Below are positions 9,888 to 20,207 of a stretch of 41,892 nt of DNA, one piece after another. The DNA is from an uncultured Peptococcaceae bacterium (GTDB lineage Bacteria; Bacillota; UBA994). The stretch spans positions 13,492 to 55,383 of the forward strand of contig CAYGHR010000003.1 of the NCBI GenBank assembly GCA_964349715.1, given 5' to 3'. Made by a program: the position numbers and the translations under genes. Numbering within the stretch: the stretch's first letter is position 1; every line of letters starts with the position of its first letter. The notes under the pieces were generated by a model, which was given only the letters and a program-made list of their open reading frames with translations, did not search any database and was not told where the DNA came from.

Positions 9888-9892
9888 GAGCC

Positions 9893-9946
9893 GTACCTGT
9901 GGCTAGGTTTGCCGATGACTCCGACGGCATACTTGGCTTAAGGAGA
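9893..9946 (+). ncRNA. Firmicutes ribosomal protein S15 leader (cis-regulatory RNA)
   Basis: CCT..GGCTAGGTTTGCCG-ATGACTCCGA-CGGCATACTTGGCT..AGG forms a long bulged stem directly upstream of the rpsO RBS, as expected for S15 autoregulation. Confidence 0.75.
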
Positions 9947-9967
9947 CATTTATTAGGAGGTGAGAAT

Positions 9968-10231
9968 GTGATTAGCCAAGAAAAGAAGCGCTCGCTCATC
10001 GACAAGTTTCGCACCCATGAGCACGACACAGGTTCTGCCGAAGTGCAGATAGCTATACTCACGGGGCGCATTAATGAGCTGACCGAGCATCTTAGGGTTC
10101 ACAAAAAGGACCACCACTCGCGGCGCGGTCTGTTCAAGATGGTTGGCCAGCGCAGAAAATTGCTCAACTATGTGCAGGACCGAGATATCGAGAGGTTCCG
10201 CGTCATTAAGGACCAACTTGGAATACGCTAA
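9968..10231 (+). CDS. rpsO: 30S ribosomal protein S15
   Basis: [32 protein letters not shown] before GTG 9968. Confidence 0.99.
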   Translation: MISQEKKRSLIDKFRTHEHDTGSAEVQIAILTGRINELTEHLRVHKKDHHSRRGLFKMVGQRRKLLNYVQDRDIERFRVIKDQLGIR

Positions 10232-10234
10232 ATA

Positions 10235-10262
10235 GGAAAGCGGGAGAACCGCTTTTCTTTTT
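10235..10262 (+). terminator. Intrinsic terminator after rpsO
   Basis: GAAAGCGG-GAGAA-CCGCTTTT followed by CTTTTT. Confidence 0.8.
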
Positions 10263-10301
10263 ACTGCCCTTACTGGCCATACTATGAAAAGGAGGCTGAA
10301 T

Positions 10302-12404
10302 ATGAAGAAATACACGCTCCCGGTTGCAGGACGCGAAATGACGCTCGAGACAGGACGTCTTGCTAAACAAGCTAACGGCGCGGTTCTAGTAAGCTATGGG
10401 GATACCAGCGTACTGGTAGCTGCCACTATGTCACGTGCACCGCGCGAAGGCATCGACTTCTTCCCTCTATTGGTTGACTACGAAGAACGGCTGTACTCGG
10501 TAGGCAAAATCCCCGGGGGTTTTCTCAAACGAGAAGGACGCCCGGGTGAAAAAGCAATACTCGCCGCCCGCCTGATTGACCGACCTCTGCGTCCGCTGTT
10601 CCCGGAGGGGTTTCGCAACGACGTACAGGTAGTGGCGACAGTGCTAAGCGTCGACCAAAATAACCTGCCTGAGATCGCTGCTTTAGTCGGAGCATCTGCT
10701 GCCCTCTCCATCTCTAACATCCCCTTCCATAATCCCGTTGCCGGTGTCGTTGTTGGGCTGATTGGAGACCGATTTGTCATTAATCCTACGTTGGCCGAAG
10801 CGGCTGACAGCAAACTGCACTTAGTGGTGGCGGGAACTCGTGATGCCATCATGATGGTAGAGGCAGAAGCCTCTGAGCTAAGTGAAGCGCAAATGCTGCA
10901 AGCGATAATGGCGGGGCACGAGGAAATTAAACGGATTGTCACAATGATAGAGAAAATGCAGGCGGAGACAGGGCGTCCTAAGTTAGAGATATCCCTGCCT
11001 ACCGTGCCGGCAGATCTGACAGCGCTGATCGGGGAGTACACGTCCGACAGATTGCTCGCGGCCATCCAAAGCGCCGATAAGTTAGCGCGCGAGGCTAACA
11101 TAGAGAAGGTCATGCAGGAAGCGATGGCAACATTCTCGGCTCAGTACCCGGAGCAGGGTAAAGTAATCAAAGTGATTCTCGACAACCTCTTAAAGGGATT
11201 AGTGCGCACAGCCATCGCTCGGGACCACTATCGTCCGGACGGGCGCGGCCTTAAGGAGATACGTTCCGTGAGCTGCGAGGCACCGGTGCTAAGGCGAACG
11301 CATGGTTCGGCGCTGTTTACGCGCGGACAGACGCAGGTGCTCTCCACTGTGACCTTAGGCGCTATGGGCGATGTGCAGATTATCGACGATCTGGGCATTG
11401 ATGAGTCTAAGCGCTATCTACATCATTACAACTTTCCTTCCTTCAGCGTCGGGGAAACAAGGCCACACCGTGGGCCATCCCGCCGCGACATCGGCCATGG
11501 CGCGCTAGCCGAGCGTGCCCTGCTACCGGTGATACCGTCGGAGGAGGAGTTCCCTTACACAGTGCGTGTTGTCTCCGAAGTCCTTGAGTCTAATGGATCT
11601 TCCTCCATGGCTAGTGTCTGCGGGAGCTCTTTGGCTCTGATGGACGCTGGTGTGCCGATTAAGGCCCCAGTCTCAGGGGTGGCCATGGGTTTGGTGAAGG
11701 AAGGCAGTTCCTACGTTGTGCTGACAGACATTCAAGGGATGGAAGACCACCTCGGCGATATGGACTTTAAGGTGGCGGGGACAAAGACGGGCATTACGGC
11801 CCTGCAGATGGACATTAAGATTAGCGGATTAGACGAGAAGATCTTGGGAGAGGCACTAGCTCAGGCAAGAGAAGGTCGCCTCTACATCATGGACAAGATG
11901 CTCGCCGTGTTGGACGCACCGCGGGGAGATCTTTCTCCCTACGCTCCACGCATGTTTACCCTCACCATTCCCGTAGATAAAATCAAGGACGTCATTGGGC
12001 CCGGCGGCAAGATGATCAACAAGATCATCCAAGAGACAAACGTCAAGATCGACATCGAAGATGACGGCCGAGTCTTCATTGCGGCTGTCGATGCTCTGCA
12101 GGGCTTGCGGGCGAAGGAGATTATATCAGACCTCGTGCGCGAAATGGAAGTCGGTGAAGTCTATACGGGCAAAGTAACCAGAGTTGAGAAATACGGGGCA
12201 TTTGTCGAGTTGTTACCAGGCAAGGAAGCCCTAGTTCATATTTCTCAGCTGGCCCATGAGCGCGTTGCCCGCACCGAGGACGTTGTTAACGTAGGCGACA
12301 GGGTACAGGTCAAGATTACGGACATTGACCGCATGGGTCGTATTGGGGCTTCGCGCAAGGAGTTGCTCCCGTCGCAAGCCAAAGAGGCCAGAGAGCGGGA
12401 ATAA
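10302..12404 (+). CDS. pnp: Polyribonucleotide nucleotidyltransferase (PNPase)
   Basis: [45 protein letters not shown] and S1 domains; AAAGGAGG before ATG 10302. Confidence 0.99.
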   Translation: MKKYTLPVAGREMTLETGRLAKQANGAVLVSYGDTSVLVAATMSRAPREGIDFFPLLVDYEERLYSVGKIPGGFLKREGRPGEKAILAARLIDRPLRPLFPEGFRNDVQVVATVLSVDQNNLPEIAALVGASAALSISNIPFHNPVAGVVVGLIGDRFVINPTLAEAADSKLHLVVAGTRDAIMMVEAEASELSEAQMLQAIMAGHEEIKRIVTMIEKMQAETGRPKLEISLPTVPADLTALIGEYTSDRLLAAIQSADKLAREANIEKVMQEAMATFSAQYPEQGKVIKVILDNLLKGLVRTAIARDHYRPDGRGLKEIRSVSCEAPVLRRTHGSALFTRGQTQVLSTVTLGAMGDVQIIDDLGIDESKRYLHHYNFPSFSVGETRPHRGPSRRDIGHGALAERALLPVIPSEEEFPYTVRVVSEVLESNGSSSMASVCGSSLALMDAGVPIKAPVSGVAMGLVKEGSSYVVLTDIQGMEDHLGDMDFKVAGTKTGITALQMDIKISGLDEKILGEALAQAREGRLYIMDKMLAVLDAPRGDLSPYAPRMFTLTIPVDKIKDVIGPGGKMINKIIQETNVKIDIEDDGRVFIAAVDALQGLRAKEIISDLVREMEVGEVYTGKVTRVEKYGAFVELLPGKEALVHISQLAHERVARTEDVVNVGDRVQVKITDIDRMGRIGASRKELLPSQAKEARERE

Positions 12405-12414
12405 AAGGCTGTAA

Positions 12415-12448
12415 GGGAGCTCTGCCGGCGGTGGAGCTCTCCGTATTT
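12415..12448 (+). terminator. Stem-loop after pnp (possible terminator, weak U tail)
   Basis: GGGAGCTCTGCC-GGC-GGTGGAGCTCTC, a 12-bp stem with G-U pairs, then CGTATTT. Confidence 0.5.
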
Positions 12449-12471
12449 GATGGAACACATGCGCATAGACT
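12442..12471 (+). promoter_or_regulatory. Possible sigma-E promoter of the YlxY-type gene
   Basis: CGTATT (12442-12447) and CATAGACT (12464-12471) resemble ATA-N16-18-CATAcaaT. Confidence 0.35.
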
Positions 12472-12493
12472 CATAGCGAGGGGGCGCGGAGTC

Positions 12494-13468
12494 ATGCGAA
12501 GTTTCGTACAGCGCGCGGCTTGGTTTGCGGCACTGAGCGTTTTCATGGGAGTAGCGTGGTTTGGCGTACGTCCGGGAGAAGCACCCGAACGCCGTGTGCC
12601 GCGGGGGGTGACACTTGCGGCAGAGAACATTGGGGGTTATAGCGAAAGCGACTTAAGGGAGTTCGTGTTGTTGCAGGCCACCAAGATGTACCGCGCACCC
12701 GTGCAACCTAGGGTGGACTTGCGCACCGGGGGCGTTGTGCCGGGGTTAGCAGGTAGGGAAGTTGACGTAGAGGCGAGTGTCGCCCTTTGTTTGGCGGCCA
12801 AACCCAATCAAGCCGTTAATCTCGCTCTGCGTTGGCTCTTGCCGGATGCCCCTTCGCGTGATAAACCCATTTTTCACGGCCACGAGTCTAGGCGCCAAGT
12901 CGCTTTCGTCGTGAATGTCGCTTGGGGCAACAGCGAGCTGTTGGAGATACTGAACTTGTTCTCGCAGCATGGTCTCACCAAAACCTTTTTCATCGTCGGT
13001 CGCTGGGCGGACAAATTCCCGGAACTTGTGCGGGAGATCTATCACCGCGGACACGAGTTTGGCAACCACGCCTACTCGGACGCTCACCTTCCTAGGCTCT
13101 CAGATGAGGAGATTAGGCAAGAGATCCAGCGGACGACGGCTGCTATCCGCCGGGCTGTAGGGGAAGTGCCCGTGCCCTACTTTAGCCCTCCCTACAACGA
13201 CTTCGACGAACGCGTTGTGCGCATAGCGGACGAACTCGGATATACTACTGTGCTCTCTAGCGTAGACACCGCGGACTGGATGCGGCCGGGTGCGGAGAGA
13301 ATCGTGCGCCGTGTGGTCGGCAAGGTCCATAACGGAGCTATCGTACTGATGCATCCGACTGAACAAACACCGGCCGCGTTACTGGACTTAATCCCAGCTT
13401 TGAAAGCCCAAGGGTATAGCCTAGTATCGGTAAGCACTTTGCTGTCTGCGGTGTCGACAGAGGAGTAA
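12494..13468 (+). CDS. ylxY: Sporulation polysaccharide deacetylase-family protein, YlxY/SwsB type
   Basis: N-terminal TM segment; VVPGLAGREVD; VAFVVNVAWGN in place of TFDDG; HEFGNHAYSD, DTADW, GAIVLMHPT; follows pnp as in B. subtilis. Confidence 0.85.
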   Translation: MRSFVQRAAWFAALSVFMGVAWFGVRPGEAPERRVPRGVTLAAENIGGYSESDLREFVLLQATKMYRAPVQPRVDLRTGGVVPGLAGREVDVEASVALCLAAKPNQAVNLALRWLLPDAPSRDKPIFHGHESRRQVAFVVNVAWGNSELLEILNLFSQHGLTKTFFIVGRWADKFPELVREIYHRGHEFGNHAYSDAHLPRLSDEEIRQEIQRTTAAIRRAVGEVPVPYFSPPYNDFDERVVRIADELGYTTVLSSVDTADWMRPGAERIVRRVVGKVHNGAIVLMHPTEQTPAALLDLIPALKAQGYSLVSVSTLLSAVSTEE

Positions 13469-13481
13469 TGGGGGGCAGATA

Positions 13482-14894
13482 ATGAAGTTGCTCTTGTTAT
13501 GCTTAGGGATGCTTTTGCTCCTGCCGCTCGGGGGGGAAGCGAGCACACCGCTAATGGTGGGCTGGAACGAAAGGCACCTGAGTGCGCGCGTCAGCGCGCA
13601 GGAAGTCTCGTGGCGCGATGGCGAGGGAGTACATACGGAGGTCTGGTCCGCTCAGGGGACTATCCGTCTCGAGCTCGTCACGCCACAGGTGAGCATAGCC
13701 ACCACACCCGACAAGTCTACGGCCATCTGGCTGCAACGCACCCTTCTCCATCACTTTCCTACGAGAATTGTAAGTGTCGGCGAGAGGTACGCTCTGACCC
13801 TACTGGAGAGAGATGAGGAGATCATCTGGACAACAGAGACGGTCTTTGTGCCTGCCAAAGCAGCCGACTTTCCCCTGCGACTGGCGATGACGATGCCCGA
13901 CGCGACTGTGCGTTACTTAAGCGACACATCCGTGCGCTTCGCCGGAAGTGGGCAACCTGTAAGAGTGGGGGAGGCCTCTTTTCGAGGAAGTGTAGTCTTC
14001 AATCCCAATCGACGTGGGCTGCTTACCTCCATTAACGTATTGCCGCTAGAGGATTACCTGCTGGGAGTAGTGCCAAACGAGATGCCGGCAGGATGGCCTT
14101 TAGAAGCGCTCAAGGCACAAGCGTTAGCGGCGCGCTCCTATGCGGTGCGACAAAGGAACCGCCATGGACAAGACGGTTTTGACTTATGCAGCACAGTCCA
14201 TTGCCAGGCCTACGGAGGTAAGGGCAGTGAGCATCCGCGGAGCTCTCAAGCGGTAGTTGCCACAAGCGGGCAAGTCATTACTTTCGACGGCGCAGTAATC
14301 GACGCTGTGTATCATGCGCATGCGGGAGGGCACACACGCGACAGCGAACACGTATGGGGAGGCGTAGCTCCCTATTTGCGCGGTGTTGCTATCCCGGAAG
14401 AGCCGCCTCTGACTTGGACGCACCGTGTAGCTGTGGGTGAATTCGAGCGTCGGCTGAGAGGGCGTCAAGTTAATGTGGCTCATGTCACCGACGTCCGAGT
14501 CGCCGAACATGCCGATGTGGGCCATGTGCGTTCCGTGCGGGTTACGTCTTTGCTTGGAGCTGTAGAAATCTCAGGGTCGGACCTTAGGGCAGCCCTAGAC
14601 CGAGCACAGATGCGCAGTACGAAATTTGATATACTAATGCTAGATCGGTTCCGCCGCCCATTTCGCACCGCACTTATGCCGCGCCCCTTTGTTTTGGAGT
14701 TAGGGCGCTTGGGTGGGGTATACCACGGGCTCCTGCCCGCTCAGCCGACATCAGTCGAAATTACCGGGTCGGGTTTCGGCCATGGCGTAGGTATGTCACA
14801 ATGGGGGGCGTTTGGCCTCGCTCAAGCCGGGGTCGACTATCAGGGCATTATTCGTCGCTTTTATCGGGGGGTCACAATTAGAAGAGCGCCTTAA
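13482..14894 (+). CDS. Secreted SpoIID/LytB domain protein (lytic transglycosylase-like)
   Basis: Signal peptide; LEDYLLGVVPNEM, EALKAQALAARSY, DLCSTVHCQAY, GFGHGVGMSQWGA. Confidence 0.92.
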   Translation: MKLLLLCLGMLLLLPLGGEASTPLMVGWNERHLSARVSAQEVSWRDGEGVHTEVWSAQGTIRLELVTPQVSIATTPDKSTAIWLQRTLLHHFPTRIVSVGERYALTLLERDEEIIWTTETVFVPAKAADFPLRLAMTMPDATVRYLSDTSVRFAGSGQPVRVGEASFRGSVVFNPNRRGLLTSINVLPLEDYLLGVVPNEMPAGWPLEALKAQALAARSYAVRQRNRHGQDGFDLCSTVHCQAYGGKGSEHPRSSQAVVATSGQVITFDGAVIDAVYHAHAGGHTRDSEHVWGGVAPYLRGVAIPEEPPLTWTHRVAVGEFERRLRGRQVNVAHVTDVRVAEHADVGHVRSVRVTSLLGAVEISGSDLRAALDRAQMRSTKFDILMLDRFRRPFRTALMPRPFVLELGRLGGVYHGLLPAQPTSVEITGSGFGHGVGMSQWGAFGLAQAGVDYQGIIRRFYRGVTIRRAP

Positions 14895-14907
14895 CGGAGG
14901 TCAGAGC

Positions 14908-16167
14908 ATGCAACTTACCAAACTTGACTCGGGTCTAAGAGTAGTCAGCGAGCACATACCCCACGTACAGACGGTGACCATCGGTTTTTGGGTGCGATGT
15001 GGCACTTTTGTCGAGTCGCCTGACGAGATGGGGCTTTCGCACTTCTTGGAGCATATGTTTTTTAAGGGGACGCCTTCACGTAGCGCGCGTGACATTGTCG
15101 AGGCGTTTGATGATGTCGGGGGCGAACTCAACGCCTATACGGCTAAGGAATACACGTGCTTTTTTGCGAAGGTGATGGATGAACACTTGCCGTTAGCAGT
15201 AGAGGTTCTGTCAGATATGCTTACTAATCCTCTCTTTTCGGAAGACGATATTGAGAGGGAAAAGCAAATTGTGTTGGAGGAGATCTCTCTCTACGAAGAT
15301 GCGCCGGATGAACTCATCCACGACAAGCTTGCCGATGCCATTTGGCCACATCATCCCTTAGGAAAGCCAATCCTTGGGACACGGGCGAGCATCGCCGGTA
15401 TCACAGCTCACACCTTACGCCAATTCTTTGCCAAACACTATTGTCCAGAGAACGTGGTAGTCGCCGCATGTGGGCACGTGAACCACGAGGACTTAGTGCG
15501 CTTAGTGGACACAAACTGCCACTTCGGCAGTGAGGGCGTATGCGTCAGTGACACATCGGAGGCACTTCCTTACTCTGAGCGCATCAGTGTGATTGAGCGA
15601 CCCATTGAACAACTTCATCTTTGTTTGGGTTTCCCCGGGTTGTCTTGGCGCGATAAGGATATCTACGCCATGAACATTATGAACAACATTTTCGGTTCGG
15701 GTATGTCCTCGCGCATCTTTCAGGGGATTCGCGAAGAGCTAGGTTTGGCCTACAACATCTACTCCTACAGCGCTTCTTTCGTGTCCGCAGGCTACTTCGC
15801 CGTGTATGCAGGCCTCTCCGCCCGTAACACCACAACCCTACTTAAGACCATCGGACGCGAGCTCCTGGCCATGAAGAACACACCGGTGAGTAAAGCGGAG
15901 ATCAGCCGCGCGCGTCAACAGGTTAAAGGCGCATTGGTGATGGGGCTAGAGAGCACAGCAAACCGCATGAGTCGCATGGGACGGGGGATTCTCCTTATCG
16001 GGCGCGTTATGGACACAACGGAAATCCTCGAGCGCATTGAGGCCGTGACATTAGAGGATGTGCAGGCGCTTGCGGGGAGGGTCTTCGCTCTAGATCAGCT
16101 CACGGTTTGCGCGTTAGGGCCCACGGCGGAACTCCCGAATCTCATTTGGGCCCTGCGCGGAGACTAA
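14908..16167 (+). CDS. M16 (pitrilysin-family) zinc peptidase, YmxG/MlpA-like
   Basis: SHFLEHMFFKGT (HxxEH), LNAYTAKEYT, SSRIFQGIREELGLAY; GGAGG before ATG 14908. Confidence 0.95.
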   Translation: MQLTKLDSGLRVVSEHIPHVQTVTIGFWVRCGTFVESPDEMGLSHFLEHMFFKGTPSRSARDIVEAFDDVGGELNAYTAKEYTCFFAKVMDEHLPLAVEVLSDMLTNPLFSEDDIEREKQIVLEEISLYEDAPDELIHDKLADAIWPHHPLGKPILGTRASIAGITAHTLRQFFAKHYCPENVVVAACGHVNHEDLVRLVDTNCHFGSEGVCVSDTSEALPYSERISVIERPIEQLHLCLGFPGLSWRDKDIYAMNIMNNIFGSGMSSRIFQGIREELGLAYNIYSYSASFVSAGYFAVYAGLSARNTTTLLKTIGRELLAMKNTPVSKAEISRARQQVKGALVMGLESTANRMSRMGRGILLIGRVMDTTEILERIEAVTLEDVQALAGRVFALDQLTVCALGPTAELPNLIWALRGD

Positions 16168-16222
16168 GGATTTTGTGTTGGCCGCATCATTGCCCACATA
16201 GGATGGTGATGAGGTGATGGCC

Positions 16223-16468
16223 GTGAGATTTAGCGAACTCGCCGGGAAAGAAATCATCAACACCCACGACGGGTCTAGGCTAGGATTGCTGGGGGACAGT
16301 GACTTAGTGGTCAACGCCCGCACAGGCAAAATTCTCTCCGTGGTGATCGTGAGGCGTAGTTTCCTAGGGCTAGTGAAAGGCGGGCAGGAGATAACGCTCT
16401 CGTGGCACTCCGTTAAGAAAGTCGGTCAGGACATGATTATTATCGATGTGGGCCGCCGAGGTCTGTAA
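16223..16468 (+). CDS. ymxH: YlmC/YmxH family sporulation PRC-barrel protein
   Basis: RFSELAGKEIIN..DGSRLG, W..VKKVGQDMIIID; GAGGTG before GTG 16223. Confidence 0.92.
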   Translation: MRFSELAGKEIINTHDGSRLGLLGDSDLVVNARTGKILSVVIVRRSFLGLVKGGQEITLSWHSVKKVGQDMIIIDVGRRGL

Positions 16469-16495
16469 GCAAAAACTTACAGGCCTCTACTATTT

Positions 16496-16523
16496 CACCT
16501 TCTCCCTCTACATGTCATATAGT
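16496..16523 (+). promoter_or_regulatory. Sigma-K-type promoter of dpaAB
   Basis: CACC (16496-16499), 16 nt, CATATAGT (16516-16523); spoVFAB is sigma-K dependent in B. subtilis. Confidence 0.65.
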
Positions 16524-16551
16524 GGTTGTAGGTGTTAAAGGGGAGGAGTCT

Positions 16552-17436
16552 ATGAGCGCGGTACTGGCGGGCCTTAGCGTTGCTGTTGTCGGCGGCGACA
16601 GAAGAACCGAATACTATGTGCCGAGTTTGCTGCAGGCTGGGGCAAGAATCCTCACAGTGGGACTCGCGCGCCTTCCCGGCTATTTGGATGTGGTTCCTGT
16701 AGACCTGATGACTGCCATCAGGGGGAGCCATGCCATGCTGTTGCCGATGGCCGGCATGGATGCCGAAGGCAGCGTGCAGTCCTATTATGACGACGCGCCC
16801 ATTGTTCTTGATCGCACGTTATCCCTCCGGGGGCTTCTTGTCCTTACGGGAGTAGCGAGACCAAAGCTGAGAGAGCTAGGCGCGGCTAACGGCTGGAGGT
16901 TGTGCGAAATCGGAGCGGACGATGAGCTAGCGTATCTTAACTCCGTGCCCACGGCAGAAGGTGCCGTGCGCCTCGCGCAAGAGAGAGCCATAAAAACCAT
17001 CCACGGTAGCCGCGCACTAGTCGTCGGCTACGGCCGGTGTGGTATAGCGCTGGCCGCGCTCCTTAAGGGCATGGGATCGCACGTTACCGTGGCGGCCAGG
17101 CAAGCGGGTACGTTAGCCAAGGCTTTTGCGGCGGGGCATAATCCGCATTTCGCAGGCGAGATGTCGCGTGTGTTGGGCAGTTTTGATTTTCTCTTTAACA
17201 CCGCGCCGGATATGGTGTTTACCGAAGAACTACTGGTTTGTATGCGCCGGGACAGCATTCTTATCGACATTGCCTCCGGAGCGGGAGGAACCGACTATCA
17301 AGCAGCCAAGAAACTAGGTCGCATAGCTGTACTCGCTCCTAGCTTGCCGGGTAAGTTCACGCCCGAGACTGCCGGGCACGTTTTGGGTCGAGTTCTGCCG
17401 CGCATAATCATAGAAAATCTTCCGGAGGAGAGGTAA
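16552..17436 (+). CDS. dpaA: Dipicolinate synthase subunit A (SpoVFA)
   Basis: VVGGDRR, NSVPTAEGA, TIHGS, GYGRCG, IDIAS..GGTD, LPGK; GGAGG before ATG 16552. Confidence 0.95.
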   Translation: MSAVLAGLSVAVVGGDRRTEYYVPSLLQAGARILTVGLARLPGYLDVVPVDLMTAIRGSHAMLLPMAGMDAEGSVQSYYDDAPIVLDRTLSLRGLLVLTGVARPKLRELGAANGWRLCEIGADDELAYLNSVPTAEGAVRLAQERAIKTIHGSRALVVGYGRCGIALAALLKGMGSHVTVAARQAGTLAKAFAAGHNPHFAGEMSRVLGSFDFLFNTAPDMVFTEELLVCMRRDSILIDIASGAGGTDYQAAKKLGRIAVLAPSLPGKFTPETAGHVLGRVLPRIIIENLPEER

Positions 17437-17437
17437 A

Positions 17438-18022
17438 ATGAAGGGCAAGAGAATTGGTTTCGCTTTGACCGGTTCCTACTGCACTTTCGCAGCGGTGATG
17501 CCTGAAATAGTGCGGCTGCGTGAGGGCGGTGCTGAGATTATTCCTATCATGAGCGAGACCGCCGCGCGCACAGATACTCGCTTCGGCCGCGCGGAAATGT
17601 GGCGGAGGCAAATTCTTGCGGCAAGCGGCGCGCTAGAGATAGTAGACACTATGACGGCGGCAGAGCCTATCGGTCCCGGAAAACTATTGGACTTAGTCAT
17701 CGTGGCACCCTGTACTGGCAATACTCTAGCTAAGATAGCCGGTGGCATTACCGATTCCACGGTGACAATGGCGGTCAAAGCGCACCTGCGCAACCTCCGC
17801 CCCGTGCTGGTCGCCATCTCCACTAACGATGGCCTAGGCCTAAATGCGGTTAACTTAGCGCGACTGCAGAGTAGCAAGAACATTTTTCTCGTCCCCTACG
17901 GTCAGGATAATCCTGCAGTTAAGCCGAACTCACTGGTCGCGGCTATGGACCTTATCCCACAGGCAGCGGAGATGGCACTTGCTGGGATACAGCTTCAGCC
18001 TCTGCTGTTGTCTAGGAACTAG
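17438..18022 (+). CDS. dpaB: Dipicolinate synthase subunit B (SpoVFB)
   Basis: IGFALTGSYCT, AEPIGP, APCTGNTLAK, VPYGQDNP..KPNSLVA. Confidence 0.97.
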   Translation: MKGKRIGFALTGSYCTFAAVMPEIVRLREGGAEIIPIMSETAARTDTRFGRAEMWRRQILAASGALEIVDTMTAAEPIGPGKLLDLVIVAPCTGNTLAKIAGGITDSTVTMAVKAHLRNLRPVLVAISTNDGLGLNAVNLARLQSSKNIFLVPYGQDNPAVKPNSLVAAMDLIPQAAEMALAGIQLQPLLLSRN

Positions 18023-18043
18023 CGGGAAGATGGGAGGCACAAA

Positions 18044-19249
18044 ATGGCAGTTGTTGTGCAGAAATTTGGCGGCACCTCCGTAGCTACGTCCGCCATGCGG
18101 GAGCGAGTGGTAGGGAAGGTGCTCGCCTGTCAAGCGCAAGGGCATGATGTCGTAGTCGTGGTTTCAGCTATGGGACGCCTAGGTGAGCCTTACGCTACGG
18201 ACACTCTCCTGGCCTTAGTTAACCAGGCGGGGTCATCAAACGCCCGCGACCGTGATTTGGCGATGGCCTGCGGGGAGTTAGTCTCATGTGCTGTCGTGGC
18301 CAGCGCTTTGCGTAAGGCCGGACTTAACCCGCTGCCACTAAGCGGATGGCAGGCAGGCATCATAACAGATAATACATTTGGCGACGCTCGAATAACCGCC
18401 GTGGACCCGACCAACTTGCGGAGTCTACTCAAGGAAGGGATAGTACCGGTGGTGGCTGGTTTTCAAGGCGTCAGCAGTGAGGGCGACATTACGACCCTCG
18501 GGCGTGGCGGGAGCGACACCACGGCCGCGGCATTAGGAGTAGCCCTAGGTGCGGCCAATGTGGAGATCTATACCGATGTGGAAGGGATCATGACCGCAGA
18601 CCCTCGCCTAGTGCCGGAGGCCAAAGTGCTTAGCTTCTTAGATTACGGCGAGGTGTTTCAGATGGCCTCCCAAGGCTCCAAGGTCATTCATCCGCGGGCA
18701 GTCGAGCTGGCCATGCAGCGCAACATTCCTTTGGTAGTCAGGAGCACTTTCTCAGATGCTCCCGGGACTACCATCGCCAACGCCGTCCTGTATGAGAGCA
18801 GGCGTGTTCGGCCCGTCACTGCCGTAGCCCACATTCCTAGGGTGGCGCGCGTGTCCATTGCCACACCTAGCGATGACGGCGGGCTTGAACTAGACATCTT
18901 CAGCCGCCTAGCAGAGGCGGGGGTCAGTGTTGACCTCATTAACGTTAGTCCGGAGGTCAAACGCTTCATTATCCCAGAAGATGATGCCGATAAGGCGCGT
19001 GCAGCGCTTAAGACGCTCCCGCTCGAAGTTCTGTTTCGCTGCGGCTGCGCGAAAGTGAGCGTTATCGGCACCGGTATGCGCGGGGTGCCGGGAGTCATGT
19101 CCCGCGTCGTCGGAGCCCTGCGTGAGGCGGGAGTGCGTATATTACAGTCTAGCGACTCGCATTTGACGATTTCGGTGCTCATCGACCAAGGAGATGTTGA
19201 AGCCGCCACTAACGCCCTGCATCGACGTTTCGAGCTAAGTATCGAGTAA
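18044..19249 (+). CDS. dapG: Aspartate kinase I
   Basis: VQKFGGTSV, PYATDTLL, TTLGRGGSDTTA, two C-terminal ACT domains. Confidence 0.95.
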   Translation: MAVVVQKFGGTSVATSAMRERVVGKVLACQAQGHDVVVVVSAMGRLGEPYATDTLLALVNQAGSSNARDRDLAMACGELVSCAVVASALRKAGLNPLPLSGWQAGIITDNTFGDARITAVDPTNLRSLLKEGIVPVVAGFQGVSSEGDITTLGRGGSDTTAAALGVALGAANVEIYTDVEGIMTADPRLVPEAKVLSFLDYGEVFQMASQGSKVIHPRAVELAMQRNIPLVVRSTFSDAPGTTIANAVLYESRRVRPVTAVAHIPRVARVSIATPSDDGGLELDIFSRLAEAGVSVDLINVSPEVKRFIIPEDDADKARAALKTLPLEVLFRCGCAKVSVIGTGMRGVPGVMSRVVGALREAGVRILQSSDSHLTISVLIDQGDVEAATNALHRRFELSIE

Positions 19250-19264
19250 GAAAGGATGGGACTG

Positions 19265-20143
19265 ATGCATTTCGGACGCTTGCTTACAGCCATGGCGACG
19301 CCTTTTGACGAGGAGGGGAGTCTTGACCAAAGTGGCGTTAGACGCCTAGCCGAACACCTTGTTGCTACGGGCACCGAGACAATTGTCGTTTCAGGCACTA
19401 CGGGCGAGTCGCCTACACTCTCCGCCGAAGAACGCGCTCTACTAATTGAGTTAGTCCAAGATGTGAGCCGCGGACGTGCAAAGGTCCTCGCGGGCGTAGG
19501 CACAAACTCGACTAGCGATACACTGCGAGGGGCGCATGCTGCGGTAGACGCCGGAGCCGACGGTGTAATGGTAGTCACCCCTTACTACAACAAACCTCCG
19601 CAGGAAAGCCTTTACCAACACTTTTCGGCGGTAGCGCGAGCCGTTGACGTACCCATACTCATCTACAATGTGCCAGGCCGTACAGGCTGCAACATACTGC
19701 CGGCTACCGTAGTCAGGTTGTCCGAGTGTTCGTCCTTCCTTGGCATTAAAGAAGCGAGCGGCAACCTAGACCAAGTCAGCGAAATTATCCGCGCCGTGCG
19801 CAAGGATTTTGTCCTGTACTCTGGGGATGATTCGCTAACTTTGCCCATGCTAGCTGTGGGGGCAGAGGGCGTAGTAAGTGTGGCCTCGCACATTATCGGA
19901 CCGGAGATTGCGGAGATGATCCGCGCCCATTTTGCGGGTGAGTACGCCATCGCCCAGGCAGTGCACGCAAAGGTCTTCCCATTGTTTAAGGCGCTGTTCT
20001 GCACCACCAGCCCCATACCGCTCAAGTGGGCTCTCAACCGCTTAGGTCTACCCGGAGGTTCTCTCAGGCCGCCGCTTTACTCCATCAATAAGGCCGAGGC
20101 GGAGATTGTCGAGCAAGCCCTGCAGGCAGTCGGCAAGGGTTAG
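19265..20143 (+). CDS. dapA: 4-hydroxy-tetrahydrodipicolinate synthase
   Basis: [36 protein letters not shown]. Confidence 0.98.
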   Translation: MHFGRLLTAMATPFDEEGSLDQSGVRRLAEHLVATGTETIVVSGTTGESPTLSAEERALLIELVQDVSRGRAKVLAGVGTNSTSDTLRGAHAAVDAGADGVMVVTPYYNKPPQESLYQHFSAVARAVDVPILIYNVPGRTGCNILPATVVRLSECSSFLGIKEASGNLDQVSEIIRAVRKDFVLYSGDDSLTLPMLAVGAEGVVSVASHIIGPEIAEMIRAHFAGEYAIAQAVHAKVFPLFKALFCTTSPIPLKWALNRLGLPGGSLRPPLYSINKAEAEIVEQALQAVGKG

Positions 20144-20148
20144 ACGCT

Positions 20149-20178
20149 GCATTTTCTCTAGGGCCGTCAGGCACACTA
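20149..20178 (+). promoter_or_regulatory. Sigma-G/sigma-F-type promoter of tepA-ylzJ
   Basis: GCATT (20149-20153), 18 nt, CACACTA (20172-20178), preceded by GG. Confidence 0.6.
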
Positions 20179-20207
20179 GGGGTGTGGGCGCTAGAGGAGG
20201 AGAAGTG

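Noticed and set aside
16197..16204. CATAGGAT as a sigma-E -10 box for ymxH
   Set aside because: Fits expectation but no convincing -35 element at the right spacing
18688..19578. 296-aa minus-strand ORF across dapG/dapA
   Set aside because: Ser/Arg/Thr-rich antisense shadow of two well-supported genes; no recognisable motif or RBS
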